DNA of 64,000 bases from Eledone cirrhosa (lineage: Eukaryota): NCBI GenBank assembly GCA_964016885.1, contig OZ024742.1, positions 355,756,001-355,820,000 of the forward strand, given 5' to 3'. This document shows, piece by piece, positions 43,558 to 59,689 of this stretch. A program made the translations under genes and the position numbers. Within the stretch, counting starts at the first letter, position 1; every line of letters begins with the position of its first letter. The notes below the pieces were generated by a model that made no database searches, was not told the DNA's origin, and saw only the letters and a program-made list of their open reading frames with translations.

Positions 43558-43619
<62 letters not shown>

Positions 43620-43625
43620 CATATA

Positions 43626-43696
<71 letters not shown>

Positions 43697-43709
43697 GTAT
43701 ATATATATT

Positions 43710-43821
<112 letters not shown>

Positions 43822-43849
43822 TATGTATATATATATATATATATATTTA

Positions 43850-46448
<2,599 letters not shown>

Positions 46449-46454
46449 TATATA

Positions 46455-49400
46455 AACCACCCTGCGCACTTCGTCGAGTGAACCAATCTGCTTACTGAGC
46501 TGTCGGTAAGCAGCCAACATATACTCAAAATTTATCTAGCTCCTCCACGTGTTGAGCGCTTCAAACAGTAGCGGACTTAAGTCACTATGGAAGATCTGGC
46601 AACCTTGGAGTCACTGAAGCATATCCCCCTACCTGGGAAACGAGAATACATCAGTGATTTCATCAGGAGTACGGACTCCCTCGTCCATAGGATGAGATGG
46701 AAGGCGTTCCACTTTGAAAGAGGAACGCCTAAAATTACCAACATTCAAAACTCGGAGTACCTTTTTAGATCAAGGAGGAACCCTCCCCACAACAAACTAA
46801 TGGAGGATTTTGAAAAGGAGATGATTAACATTATCTCCAACCTCAAATTCTCCGGAAACCCACCCAGAAGTCAGGAGTACCTCAGATACCTGGGAAACCG
46901 GATTGCTATGCTTAAATTGACAACTGGAATACTTGTCCATGCTGACAAAACCAACAACCTCTACAAGATGGCAATTGAACTGTATAATCAGATAATTCTC
47001 AGGGAACTAAAGAAGTGCTACAAAAAAACACATGGATTTCCCTGGTTGAGATCAACGATACAGCTCACAGGATTATATCTGGACTCTGCATAGAGGACAG
47101 GACGGCCCCATACCAACAAATGGAGCCGCGGATTACACTTAAAGATCACAAGCCAAACTATGAGACCGACCTCCCTGTAGACTAATAGCCCCCTCCAGAT
47201 CAGACCTGGCGATCGTCAGTAAGAGCATACTACATAGGGTTTTTCCCAAGCTTCAGAAAAAATCTAGATTACAGCAATGCTCATGCACGGGAGAGGTAAT
47301 AGATTGGTTTACGATACTATCTGGGAAAAACAGGACCAGCTTTATCCAACTGGATATCGCAGGCTACTACTCCTCAATCTCACTCATAGTACTCAATAAG
47401 GCCCTATTTTTAGTGATGCCCAATACGGACCTAACCCGAGAGGAGGTGAGCATCATCCACGCCGCACAAAAGACCTTAATCCGTTTCGATGGAAACCTTT
47501 GGACCAGGAGTGATTGGCCAAATAACTTTGACATCACGATGGGCTCCAGCGACTCAGCACAGGTAACGGAGCTGGTTGGCTCTTCCTGCTGAAGCAGATA
47601 ACAGATGGAATCCCCTGCCTGGGCGGTGGATTATATCGTGACGATGATCTATTCACAGTCTATGGCCATAGCACCACTATGGTGGAGAAAATGAAGAGGC
47701 GTATTCGCCATTTCTTTAAGGACCAGTGGTTCAGTATCGAACTGGACCCAAATAGAAAGGTAGTTAACTTCCTAGACACCACCATAAACCTGAACACAGA
47801 GCAATACTACCCCTACCACAAGCCCAACGAGAAACTTGTGCATGTTAACGCCAAGTTAAACCACCCTAGATCCATAACGAAGGCCGTGGTGAAGAGTGTC
47901 TGGGACAGGGTGTCCAGCTTGTCCGCAAATAAGGAAATCTTCGATAAGAACGAGGGATATTACAACGCAACTATAAATAAGACGGCACATGGCCAAAATA
48001 TAACAAATAGCCCGAGGTGCCGGGATGGAGATGGCCCAACGGACGCCCCCACCCTCGTTGTCCGGGAGCGGACGAACCATAACAAATCAGGCAGAATGGA
48101 AACAACTAAGCACCATGACCCTGACACCACCACATGGGCGATGGTGACGAGCACGCGTAACCATGGGAATAAACCCAATACGAGGAGCGGTCTCAGGGGT
48201 GATACTAACCACCCAGGGCCCAACGACCCCAAACGCAAGGCACGTGGGGGGGTGATTGGGGGACCATCCCATCGTGGATCTCCTGGAACGGGCAAACACC
48301 ACCCCACGGATTTGGGCGGAGAAGATAGCAATACACATAGCGCCCAAAGGGGAAGCAAGAATGCGGGAACCACTAGCAAACGAATAACTCTCCAACAGCC
48401 CACAACGCCTTCAAACCACCCACATCAGAGTAGACACAGAACAATTACGTGGAACAACCCACCCTACTCAGCCGCCCTAAAGAACAGCTTGGCCCGATCA
48501 TTCTTTGAAGCACTTGATAAATGCTTCCCGAGGGACCATAGATACCATAAATACTTCAACAGACACACTGTGAAGCTCTCGTATTCCACCACGAGAAATC
48601 TGGCCCAACACATAGCTGGCATCAACAGGAGTAGGCTTAAAAACCACACACAACCAGAAGCTGGCAATATAAGCACCCAGCAGAACCATGTGGAAGGAGA
48701 GAAGGGTGGACTCAGTGCCCACCCAAGAAACTCAAACAGATCCGGGGACCCCCCACCGGGCTCGAGGGAGGACCACCATACAACACGTAACGGGAACCCC
48801 ACACTAGGTACACAGAGGTTGATCACCTTCTGCAACTGCAGAAACCCCGAATTATGCCCCCTTAGTAATGAATGCCTTAGGAAGAACCTAATATACGGAT
48901 GTAGAGTAAACATTCTGAACACCTTTACGTAGGAGCCACATCTATGAGCTTTAAAAACCGTTGCTATAACCATTGCAATTCCTTCAACAAGGAGGTCAAA
49001 AGGAAAAGTACGGCTCTTTCCCACCTGATCTGGAAGCTTAAGCTCGACAGGACCCCGTACTCTCTAGCCTGGTCCATAATCAGGAAAGTACCACCTGATA
49101 AAGGGGGATCTGGCATCTGCAAACTATGTCTGAGCGAGACCCTCGAGATACTAAGAGGTGGAAGCCGCCTGATAAACCTTAGAACCGACTTCTTCGGAAC
49201 ATGTAGACAGGGCCGGGACCTTCCTCAAGCTATATGGACAGTAACAATACACTGGGATGTGAACTCCCCTCAAGCTATAGGGACTTCTCCAGAACATGTT
49301 AACACCTCTGGGCCGGACCTCCCTCAAGCTATATGGACAGTAACAACACAATAGGTTTGAACTCCCCTCATACCATAGGGACCCATCCGGGACGAGCATA

Positions 49401-49900
49401 CACCTCAGGGCCTCAAGCTATACGGATAAGAACACAAAATTGGGATGGGAACTTCCCTCTAGCTTCATGGATAGCAGCCCCACTATATCACTGCCCCGAT
49501 CGACCCCACTGACAACACATACCTATGCATATGTCCATACATGGATACTGTTATTTAAGAATGTACATGCACAGATACTTACATGTGTGTGTTCGGCTGG
49601 GTTGGTGCGCGTCGGCGTGTGGGTGGGTGTATATATGTGTACGTGTGTGTATGCGTGTGTGGGTGTAGGGGTTTAGAGTGGGCGTGGAGGTATATGTGGG
49701 TGATATGTGGGGGTGGGGGTGCGTGCATAGGGGATGCAACTGCACCAGTGCCTGTGCGTGTGTGCTTGGAACGATGTGAGTTGACAGACACCAATAAGAG
49801 ATCCATGCCAAAATGGGAACTGTAGTCCTCCGCATTTCCGGATTTCGACACCCGGGTTATGGGCTATTACATTCCTTCCTTGTCTCACGTGCTCTTAATA
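46455..49900 (+). mobile_element. Near full-length decayed Naiad-type PLE
   Basis: ATG at 46587; SLKHIPLP, RMRWKAFHF, HADKT, LKDHK, FIQLDIAGYYSSI, FDITMGS, GLYRDD, VNFLDTT, WNNPPYS, HTVKLSYS, CNCRNPELCPLSNEC, FKNRCYNH, CKLCLSE; several frameshifts; 3' tandem repeats 49213-49430; degenerate hammerhead ~49790-49863. Confidence 0.93.
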
Positions 49901-51219
49901 CACAACACACCATGATAGTCTAGAGATTGATTCTGACACAGCCTTTCTAAGATGGCCAACAACTTCCAAATCTTTCTAACTTTGAGATTGAGTATAACAC
50001 ACACACACTTTGGTTGAATATCTTATTTTATTTCTTTTATCATCTTATTCCTTCTACCATTTTATTACCAATATTCTTAGGTCTATAATACAAATATATA
50101 TCGAGGTGAATTCATGTTTTATAGTTCTCAAAGCAAATCAAAAGTGAAAACGAAAAATAATATTGTACTGGGAGATTACTGCTACGCCCAAAGAAATTAC
50201 AACTTACCAACATATGATTTCGATAAGTAGTGAGAGAATATTGCACAAAATGGCTGTAATTTGCTGTTGACGGAAATAGCAACAGATTCCTCAAATAGTC
50301 AGAATAACGTTGTCGTTGAATACTTGTCTTTGTTAACAATCGTGCAATGTCAAATTTATTATGGTATAATGCATATTTCTATTACTTACGTAATATGTTT
50401 GCTATTTATATGGGGGTAGGTCTCTAATCCAATATTTCTATTTCTGATAAGGCGATGTTTAACGGAAATTTTGCAATGTCAGATTAAATATTTAACAGGA
50501 ATTCAGTGATGTTCCTTAAATTTGTGTTCAAAATCTGTCGGATTCGATAATGTAAACACTAATTAGTGGTACATTTAATTGACCATTTATAATTAATGTT
50601 CTGATCAAGCTTAAGACAAACACTGTAATCCGCTTTGGGATCATAGTCATACTGTATGACATTTTCGAGACACAAATGTTCTGTTGTAAGTAAATTATTT
50701 TTTATATCGTAAACCTGCTCTACACTGTCCAAGTAAACAACTAGTTATGTCCTGTTTTAAAATAGAGTTGTAGGTTTGATACATTAAAACACGTATGTAT
50801 TATTCAATATTGAATGAATACATCCGATACTCATGGTTGATATCCGGGCACCTCAGATAGACCCCCAAACATTCATTATGTCTTCATGTTCTTTTTGAAA
50901 TAATTAGTGTCAATGGGTCTTGATTATTTTCTGGACCAATACAATTTTCATTCTAAATCACGATGCTGATATCTTAGCTTTCAAGTGACTGTACAATCAT
51001 AAGTAAGCATATGTAATGCTGCAATAATAATGGCTATATTTCTTTGATATATTCTATCTTGACTCTAGATTCTAGGGTACATTTCCCCCTAAACACCACT
51101 CTACTCTAATAAAATCATGGTAACGCTATGGAATGGTATGTCAAATGTACCAGTTTCCCTATAAATCTAATATACTCTGTATTCAGTAAACACTTATTCC
51201 ATTACATGTGTATCCATTT

Positions 51220-51500
51220 TACTTAGTGGTTAGGGTGATAAGTTAGGGTTTCGATTCAAGCTGGCTCGTTGTGTCCTTGGGTGAGAGTCTTTATTTCATG
51301 TTGCTCTAGTTCACACAGCTGACAAAAAGGAGCTGTAGCTGTAATTCGAAGGGCTAGCCTTCTCTGACACGCCGTGAAGCTGAAACTCCCTCAGAAATTC
51401 ATAAAAGGTACACTTTTCTGTATAATGCTCCTATACTTGCTCCTTAATCTCACAAGCAGACTGTTCTGTCGTTCGAATAGCTGGAAAGCCCGTCATTGCA
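51220..51500 (+). mobile_element. SINE family B
   Basis: CTTAGTGGTTAGGG...TTCGATTC...GTTGTGTCCTTGGG...TTTATTTCATGTTGCTCTAG. Confidence 0.7.
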
Positions 51501-51660
51501 TATGAATGTTGTCCATAATACAATACATTATGTCACACTCTAATTAAGGATGTTGCCTTGATAAAATTCCATGGTTTGGAACATGTTACCTTAGTCTATT
51601 CCTTTACATGGATAGATGCTGGAATATTGGAAGATTACGTGATCTAAGTAGTACATGTAT

Positions 51661-51790
51661 GGACGCGTGGCTTAGTGGTTAGAGAGTTAGATTTGCAATC
51701 ATAATGTTGCGAGTTCAATTCTTGGACTGCGAGATGAGTTATGTTCTTGAGTAAGTCACTAGATTTCACTTTGCTCTTTCTGAAAGGAGT
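51661..51790 (+). mobile_element. SINE family B, 5' part
   Basis: GCGTGGCTTAGTGGTTAGAG (A box) and GAGTTCAATTC (B box). Confidence 0.7.
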
Positions 51791-52578
51791 TAGACCGGTA
51801 GATCACATCAGCAATGGAAAGAAGAAGACAAACATTGTTTCTGATTTAACGAGTTCCACCTCATTCGGGAACCAAATGAGGTCTGGCATCTTGGCGTCCA
51901 TTCAAAATATAATACTCACTCAACAGCTACAATGTTTTATCGATAGAGGTGTTAGGGTAGGAGCTTTCCCTTAATGCAGTGTGTTCAGTAGACAGCATAT
52001 CTAGAGTCATAAATAAAGACGGCGATTGTGGAGGTAGCATGGCGGAACGTTGAAGGTCTCCACCTCAAAATATGAGATCCCGGGTTCTATCCAACTGTGT
52101 GGCATATTTAGCAAATGTCGTTTACCTTAGCCCCGGGTTGTCTCATGTCTTGTGAGTGAAATTATGTCACCGGTAACTGTTTGGAAGCTCATCGCCTGGA
52201 TAGTCCTCGAAGAGGGTACAGGTGTATCTTGAATGTTCAGCCATTTACACACTACGTTCATGAGTAATCTGTCCCAAATATCGGAGGAGGGAGCTCTCAT
52301 CGTCGAAACTGACGAATGTCCATTCCAGAGATGTCATGGAGACACTTACATTCACTATACACTGTACTCTCTGTAAATACCTTACTTCTGCTGCAAGGTT
52401 CTCTATTGAGATGTTAACACTGTATTGCTAATATACGGAATTGAACAACTAAAATATTTACTTCGACATACAGAGAACATGAACTGTTCTGACAATTCCA
52501 TAAGTATCCCTAAACAGGTATAAATACTTTCATCAATATAGATCTTAATCTACTAACTGTTTTATACTCTTCTTTCTT

Positions 52579-52662
<84 letters not shown>

Positions 52663-52730
52663 ATCTCTCTCTCTCAGTCTCTCCCTCTCTCTCATTCTCT
52701 CTCTCTATATATATCCCTCTCTCTCTCTAT

Positions 52731-52761
<31 letters not shown>

Positions 52762-52776
52762 CGTATATATATATAT

Positions 52777-52998
52777 AATATACAATAAACAATACAATAT
52801 AGTTACCTCATTACCAGAGGCTTCCCGAATAAGACGAATACAAGAAACTTCCGCATTCGTTGTATTCATCTTATTCGGGAAACCTCTGGTAATGAGGTTA
52901 TTGTATTGTTTATTATACATTAAATTTAGCTCTGTAACTTACATAGAGCACTCTTCAGTTCTATGACTTTTTCAATTTTCAACGGGAACTTCAATACT
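52777..52998 (+). mobile_element. Short fold-back PLE insertion
   Basis: Inverted arms ~52777-52843 / 52860-52922; half hammerhead GAAA-CCTCTGG-TA; bulged hairpin 52929-52949; (TA)n flanks. Confidence 0.75.
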
Positions 52999-53004
52999 TA
53001 TATA

Positions 53005-53089
<85 letters not shown>

Positions 53090-53768
53090 GAAAGGTATAG
53101 AAAACATTGTAGCAAAAAGCCAACAGTATTCCATAATATATAAGTGACTATAGCGTCAAAATGGGAAAAATATTTAACGTAAGATGTGGGAAAAATAATT
53201 CATATATATAATTATATATATATATATATATATAAGGAGGGTGACTGAAGCGAAAATGCCCCGAGCGATTGGGCATTCTCTGTTTATAAGCCTGTGGGTT
53301 AAAGAAGAGAGCAAAAGGAAGAAGGGTGCACTTGAACAACACACTCCTGAAGTTGAGGGTTGTTCTATCGACGGGGTATTAAACAACCAATTTGTGGCGT
53401 CTCCCCCCTATTTGGGATTTCGATTGTTATAATTGTTTGTTTTTATATTTTTATTTACACGACTGTATGTAAAACCCCCGACATATGTCTTTGTATTGTC
53501 CCCTTTTATTGTGTGCCCTTGTGGCAAATAAAGAAATATAGCTATCTATCTATCTATTTCTATCTCTCCCTCACTCTCTCTCTCTCCTTCCTCTCTCTCT
53601 CTTCCTTACTCCCTCGAACTCTCTCTCCACCCTCCCTCGCTCTCTCTCTCTATATATATATATGTATACATATATATATATATATGTGTGTGTGTGTGTA
53701 TGTGTCTGTGTTTGTGTGTGTGTGTGTGTATGTGCGTGTGTGCGTATATGAGTACGTGTATGTATATA

Positions 53769-53817
<49 letters not shown>

Positions 53818-54027
53818 AAATTTCAAACAGAAATAACAAAGCAAACAACACAGTTCAATGAAGAAAGATATTATTAGTTTTACGCTAAATATAATAGGAA
53901 ATTACATGTATATATCTACCTGTCTCTTTCTTTCTCGTCAGGTTCTCCCCAAAAATGTATACACATTTCGACTGTATTCTACTGAATAATATGTATATGT
54001 GTATGTGTGTGTGCGCGCGCGTGTGTG

Positions 54028-54061
<34 letters not shown>

Positions 54062-54220
54062 AATATAATTTCAGCGAGATCGTATTTTGGCTGTGGTCAA
54101 AAACAAACCGCAACGCAATTTTCGAGATATGCGGCAAGCGCTCTATGGACTAAAAGAAGACCAGAGCAATTAACATACGTTATAGAAGCCAGACAAACTG
54201 AAAACGAACCAGGTTAACAA

Positions 54221-54329
<109 letters not shown>

Positions 54330-54334
54330 TATAT

Positions 54335-54480
54335 AACTAATATCTTTCTTTTAATATATATCGTTGGACAAACCACGGCTTTGATGATGCACCCAGTCAA
54401 CCCTGAAACCTTTTGGCAAACAGTCTTAAACTAACTATTGAAACGGCAAGAGCTCAGCCGTAGGGTCCTGAATATGTATT
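54335..54480 (+). mobile_element. PLE terminal remnant with degenerate hammerhead
   Basis: GAAA-CGGCAAGAGCTCAGCCG-TA-GGGT matches stem III of the 41984 family; lies between (TA)n tracts. Confidence 0.55.
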
Positions 54481-54519
54481 ATTATTATTATAATATATAT
54501 ATAATATATATTTATATAT

Positions 54520-54689
<170 letters not shown>

Positions 54690-56102
54690 CATTATAAAGA
54701 GCCTGACAACATACATATATACATACATAGAAACGTTAATAAGATACATTGCAGTCTTCACTATACGACGTCGAATTATTCCCTATAAAATTTACAACTG
54801 ACATTCAAAACATGCATATTAGTATTTTACCTTACATATACTATCTTCATTAGACAGCTGACCACCTATTTCTAATTTGCTGTATAGTGTTCCTTAAACT
54901 ACTGATGTAATCTATTATAAATACAGTTATAGACATGATACCTTATATCTACTTTATATCGTGGATTCATGAAGAATATTTTCGTATATTTTCATATATG
55001 TAAAATACTTCAAAGTGACTGCATTGTGTTTTCTATAAATAGAGATATCGATATGAATTGCTTCAACTATTGAATACAGCTCCTTAAACACCTACAATGT
55101 CATTTTATAAATGGGGCCGTCCATATGAGATTTATTGAGTTTTAGTTCAACAGCTTCTATATTTAATTCTGATTAAAGACTGTTCATTTGTTGATACACT
55201 CTTTAAGCAACTTCCTGATCTGCTCTGGATAAAGTTGTAGATGTATTATTTTAAAGCTACTGAAACGATGCTCACTAAACATATACTATATATATTTTTT
55301 CCAGAGAGTTGTTAGTATATTGATTTCTATATACTGTACAACGTTCGCTAACATGAAGTGTTGTATTCTAAATTGTGCTATTTGCATGATAAATTGCATC
55401 CACCGCACAGTGCACTTTAAACAACTACGAGTTTCTTTCATGAATAGAGAGGTTATTATGTGAACATAAATCTAACGCGCAGCTCATAATAAACAGATAC
55501 TTTGATCTGTTCAGAATATATAAATATTGGTATAGTGTCCTATAACTACAATGCAGTGTTCACTAAACACCTAAGTTCTAGACTAAGTAAAGACTTAAAT
55601 ATGAAATTGTACATCTACTCTAACCTGATTATTATACAAATACTCGCTTCCATATTGATTCGAGATATTAATATATTATGTATACATACTATAAATCATT
55701 ACTTAACTTCTTAAGGTCTAACCGGGGCGTGGGTATGACAGCTTGCACCAACTAGAAAGTACATATTAACTCTTACACTCCAATACCACAGGAAATTGCA
55801 TTATCAAGACACCCTTGTTAAGTAAAGAACGGCACTATAACTGCAACATATTAACAATTAAATTAGATACTCTGTAAATTATGACAACCATATGTCTAAT
55901 AGTGGTTTTAATTCAGGCATAGGCCAACAGATTTTAGGGGAGGAGAAAGTGGATTTAATCGACCCCAGAGCATTACTGGTACATTTTTACCGATCTCTTA
56001 AGGCTGAAAGGCTACCCTTGGCGTCAAATAGTAGAAAGGTTTTAAAAATCTGAATATTAAGATGTTTCTGCTATATCATTACAGAATGCTAAGAATTAAA
56101 TA

Positions 56103-56284
56103 ATTGTTTATACATTTGGCACAAAGCCAGCAATTATCAGAGCATTACTGGTACTTTGTTTTATCGACCCCGTAAGGGTGAAAGGCAAACCTAACCTATG
56201 CGGGATTTGAACGCAGAACATAAGGGGCAATAACTCTATGTTGCAAAGCATGGCGTCCGACCCTGTACCGATACTGCCAATCCA
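56103..56284 (-). mobile_element. SINE family A
   Basis: Reverse complement of consensus; additional partial copies at ~55900-56020 and 56513-56640. Confidence 0.85.
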
Positions 56285-57223
56285 AATAAATAATACTCAT
56301 GTATACACAACCTTAAGACATTATATACATTTCAATTAATAAACCCATTTGTTTTCAATATTTTCTGCTAAACAATTACTGGATCATAAAACTTATGTTT
56401 TTATGTTGATGCGCGTGAGAGTGCCTGGTTGTTTCTGGCCCTTAGTCTCGCCATTACCCGTGGTAATGTTGCCAGTGTGTTGGCTTGCCTCAATTTGTTT
56501 CGTTGACCCTGATAATTGTTTCTACTTTTGGTACAAGGCCAGCAATTACCTAGTACATTACTGGTACTTTATTGATCGATCCCGTTAGGATAAAAGGCAA
56601 AGTTAACGTCGACGGGATTTGGGCTCAGACCGTAAATGTACGTACCACACCACTGTTTTCGAAAAAGTTATGGATGTAGATCCATATCCACTAAATTCTT
56701 TTGAATGGTGTCAGGTGATAGAACAAGGAATCCGTATCTTCTGTATTCAAATATCTGTTTCAGGTTTGTTAAACAATATACTGTAAATGGAAGGCATTAT
56801 TCATATTAGTTTCGCTGTTTCATACATTATGTTTGTTGACTTATAATTAGAAATATGTATGTAAGAAATATCCATCTACTCTAAAGAACTCACTAAATAT
56901 TTATTACTTTCACAGTTTTAACAAATTTATTGATATCGTAACTGGTATCTACTATACATCGCCCACTGTTGGATGCTCACATTTAAGGTTATATTTCAAA
57001 GACGGAGATATTGATAGTGAGACTGACACCCAGTCTAGTATTTCCACATATAATGTATTTTATTACGACGATATTAACTGTGAAGGTGCAATGCACTCTA
57101 TGATATTCACGAACTTTACACCTGCTCTTCACTCAACACCCACGTGCCTTTTCTTGCCGAAATAAACATATTGGTAAGTGTATGTTTATATAACTTCTTC
57201 TACGTTTTCACATCCAGTCTTTA

Positions 57224-57435
57224 AGGGTGGTGGATTGGTAGAGTGGTTAGGCTTCGAACTATATGTTGTTTGGATTAGTGTTACGTTTCTTTATGTTGTG
57301 AGTACAAATCACACAACCGTTGTTAGCTTTGCCTTTCATCCTTACGAGGTCAATAACATAAAGTACCAGCAACGCACTGGGATCGATTTAATCAACTTCT
57401 CGTTAGCCTTGTCTACATCAGAAACCAGTATAATC
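57224..57435 (+). mobile_element. Older SINE sharing the family A core
   Basis: TTAGCTTTGCCTTTCATCCTTACGAGGTCAATAACATAAAGTACCAG; a similar degenerate copy at ~57945-58150. Confidence 0.65.
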
Positions 57436-58669
57436 AATTAGCAGAAAACCACTCTTTCGGTAGTTTTCTGCTAGCATGTGTAGTGTGTAATTGATATTAT
57501 ACGCAAGTATATATGCATGTAGATATGATACATCAAATATAATCGTAATTGGCAATATACACAGATATTGAACGAAGACTGCGTTACACTGTCTTATGTA
57601 ATCAGTAAGGTAATCCATGATGCATTAAAAAAGACGATATTATAAATAATCTGCATTATGAGAAAATTAGTGACGGAAATATATGAATGTTTATTTAAGC
57701 AATCGCTAAACGGAAGTGTTGACATTTGAACATTTTAAAGAAGGGTATCTTAAAATAAGCAACAAAATTATTTATACTTAATCAAGAATAACGAAATTTA
57801 GTAGATAAATTATGTAATATTAATTCATTATTTATTCAAAGTAATCCAACTTATTTTACAAACGGGATAAAAAAATATATTCTGGACGCAGTCCCACACT
57901 CCTTACTTTATTATAGTTTAGATATTGAAGGTGTTGGATTGGGAGGATTGTGAAAGCGTCGGACACAAGCATTGATGGCATTTAACTGGGCCATTTTATA
58001 TTCTGTGGTCAAATCATACCGTAGATAATTTTTCCTTTCGTTCTTCTAGGCTCGATAAACTATAGTACCACTTAGGTAATTGGGTCGTTTTAATCGACTT
58101 TTATTTTCCCACAAATGCTGGCCTCGTGCCAATATTAAAATGAACTATTATTATTGTTGTTGCTAGTTTTGTTGTTGCAGTTGTTGTTATTGCTTTCATT
58201 TTCCGAAGTGTTTGCCATGCTCCATAACTTTCATAAATGATATTCAAATTTTGCTCGGTTATGAACTTGTTAGTATAAAACCACTGTTGGCCGAGTGATG
58301 TTTCTGAAAGGAGTTGGTTTATGTTGTCCGTCATCCTAGTGTCAGGAATTTAGAAAAAAAAAAAAAACACCTTTTTAGAACTTTGTTTTAACTCATCAAA
58401 TATTGCAAGTTGGTGTCATTTTCTTCTCTCTCCTTCACAAAGAGAGAACTCTCCTGCTATAACTATAATTGCAACTGGCAGAAACAAGAATACTAACAAG
58501 AATATTGAGGACAACAACAACAACAACTTCAGCATCAGGTTATATCGTGGCTTCGTCGCCAACCCAAGCTATGATATGACCTTATCTTGTTGTTGTTGTT
58601 GATTGGTTTATAAAGATATCGATTTTCCCCTCCCCACAAATTACTGGCCTTGTCCCTATAGTAGAAATC

Positions 58670-58945
58670 ATTATTATTATTGTTACTGTTGTTGTTGATG
58701 AGGATGTTGATGTTGTTGCTGTTGGTGTTTCTGTTGTTGTTGTTGTTCATGCTGTTGCTGTTGCTGATGTTGTTGTTGTTGTTGATTTTACTGTTGTTGT
58801 TGCTTATGTTGTTTTTCTTTTTGCCGTTGTTGTTGATGATGTTGCTGCTGTTGTTGTTGTTGCTGATGTTTCTGCAATTGTTGTTGTTGATGTTTTTGTT
58901 GTTTTTGTTGCTGCTTCTGTTGTTGTTGTTGTTATTTTTGTTGTA
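58670..58945. repeat. Degenerate (TTG)n repeat
   Basis: Directly visible. Confidence 0.92.
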
Positions 58946-59689
58946 ACAATTTTATAAACGATGAACTAAACAAACCAAAAGTTTTTTCCTGCTGCTATTT
59001 CCATAGAGATATTCTGAAATTGACAATTCTTTGTGAAGAACCATATTTAAAATAAACCTCTCTTACTGTTTAACATTATTAATCGACATTTCAGTTATTA
59101 CCATAAATCTTATTTTCTAAGTTTTGTAACTTTACAGATTCTTAGACTTTTCCCACGAATATGGGTCATCCGTTCCATTAGATATCAGAATAAGCGATTC
59201 CTTTGGTTTGTGTCTGTGTTTGAAATGCTAAACATCTAATTCTTTCAGTCGTACAGTGAATCATTAACGCTTAGTAGGATGTGCTGAGGATAAATCAAGC
59301 GGAACATACATAGTGAAAAGGAAATAACAAAATATCTTAGTTTCTTTTTTTGTCATATGCATCTCCTTATTTTTACTTTAACTTGCAGAAATTTTTTTTT
59401 TCTATCCATCCGTAAAACATTTCTATATGAATGGAAACAAAAACTAAATAGAATCTAAATGTCTTTACAGTCTTATTTATTTTACTTTTCATCTCATGGT
59501 ATTATATGGTTGTGGGACTTAAGTTACTGCCATAGGAATTTAAATGTAATACGTGTATTTCTCCCACTTGATATTATTACCTAATAAATACTGTAAGTTA
59601 CTTTCTGTCCATTTCCTGTTATCTACTATATACTTCTTATCAAATTACAAACAAGTAGTGAAGCATTTATACTTACTAAAACCAGACAC

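Larger units (their letters stand above)
42712..43562 (+). mobile_element. Non-autonomous PLE/retrozyme-like element, 535-bp unit, 1.5 copies plus inverted 5' piece
   Basis: 42771-43033 is repeated at 43306-43562; 42712-42768 is the reverse complement of ~43393-43450; hammerhead and bulged hairpin in each repeat. Confidence 0.82.

Noticed and set aside
46531-46540. TAG before the hairpin as a PLE intron splice acceptor (also 36558, 52927)
   Set aside because: AG is absent before most other hairpin instances and no donor could be assigned.
46587-49354. Selenoprotein-type Naiad (in-frame UGA plus SECIS)
   Set aside because: The interruptions I checked are frameshifts or TAG stops, and conserved Cys codons are intact; no SECIS recognised.
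53235-53560. Possible LINE 3' end or solo LTR with AATAAA and (CTAT)n tail
   Set aside because: Single copy in the window with no diagnostic motif to classify it.
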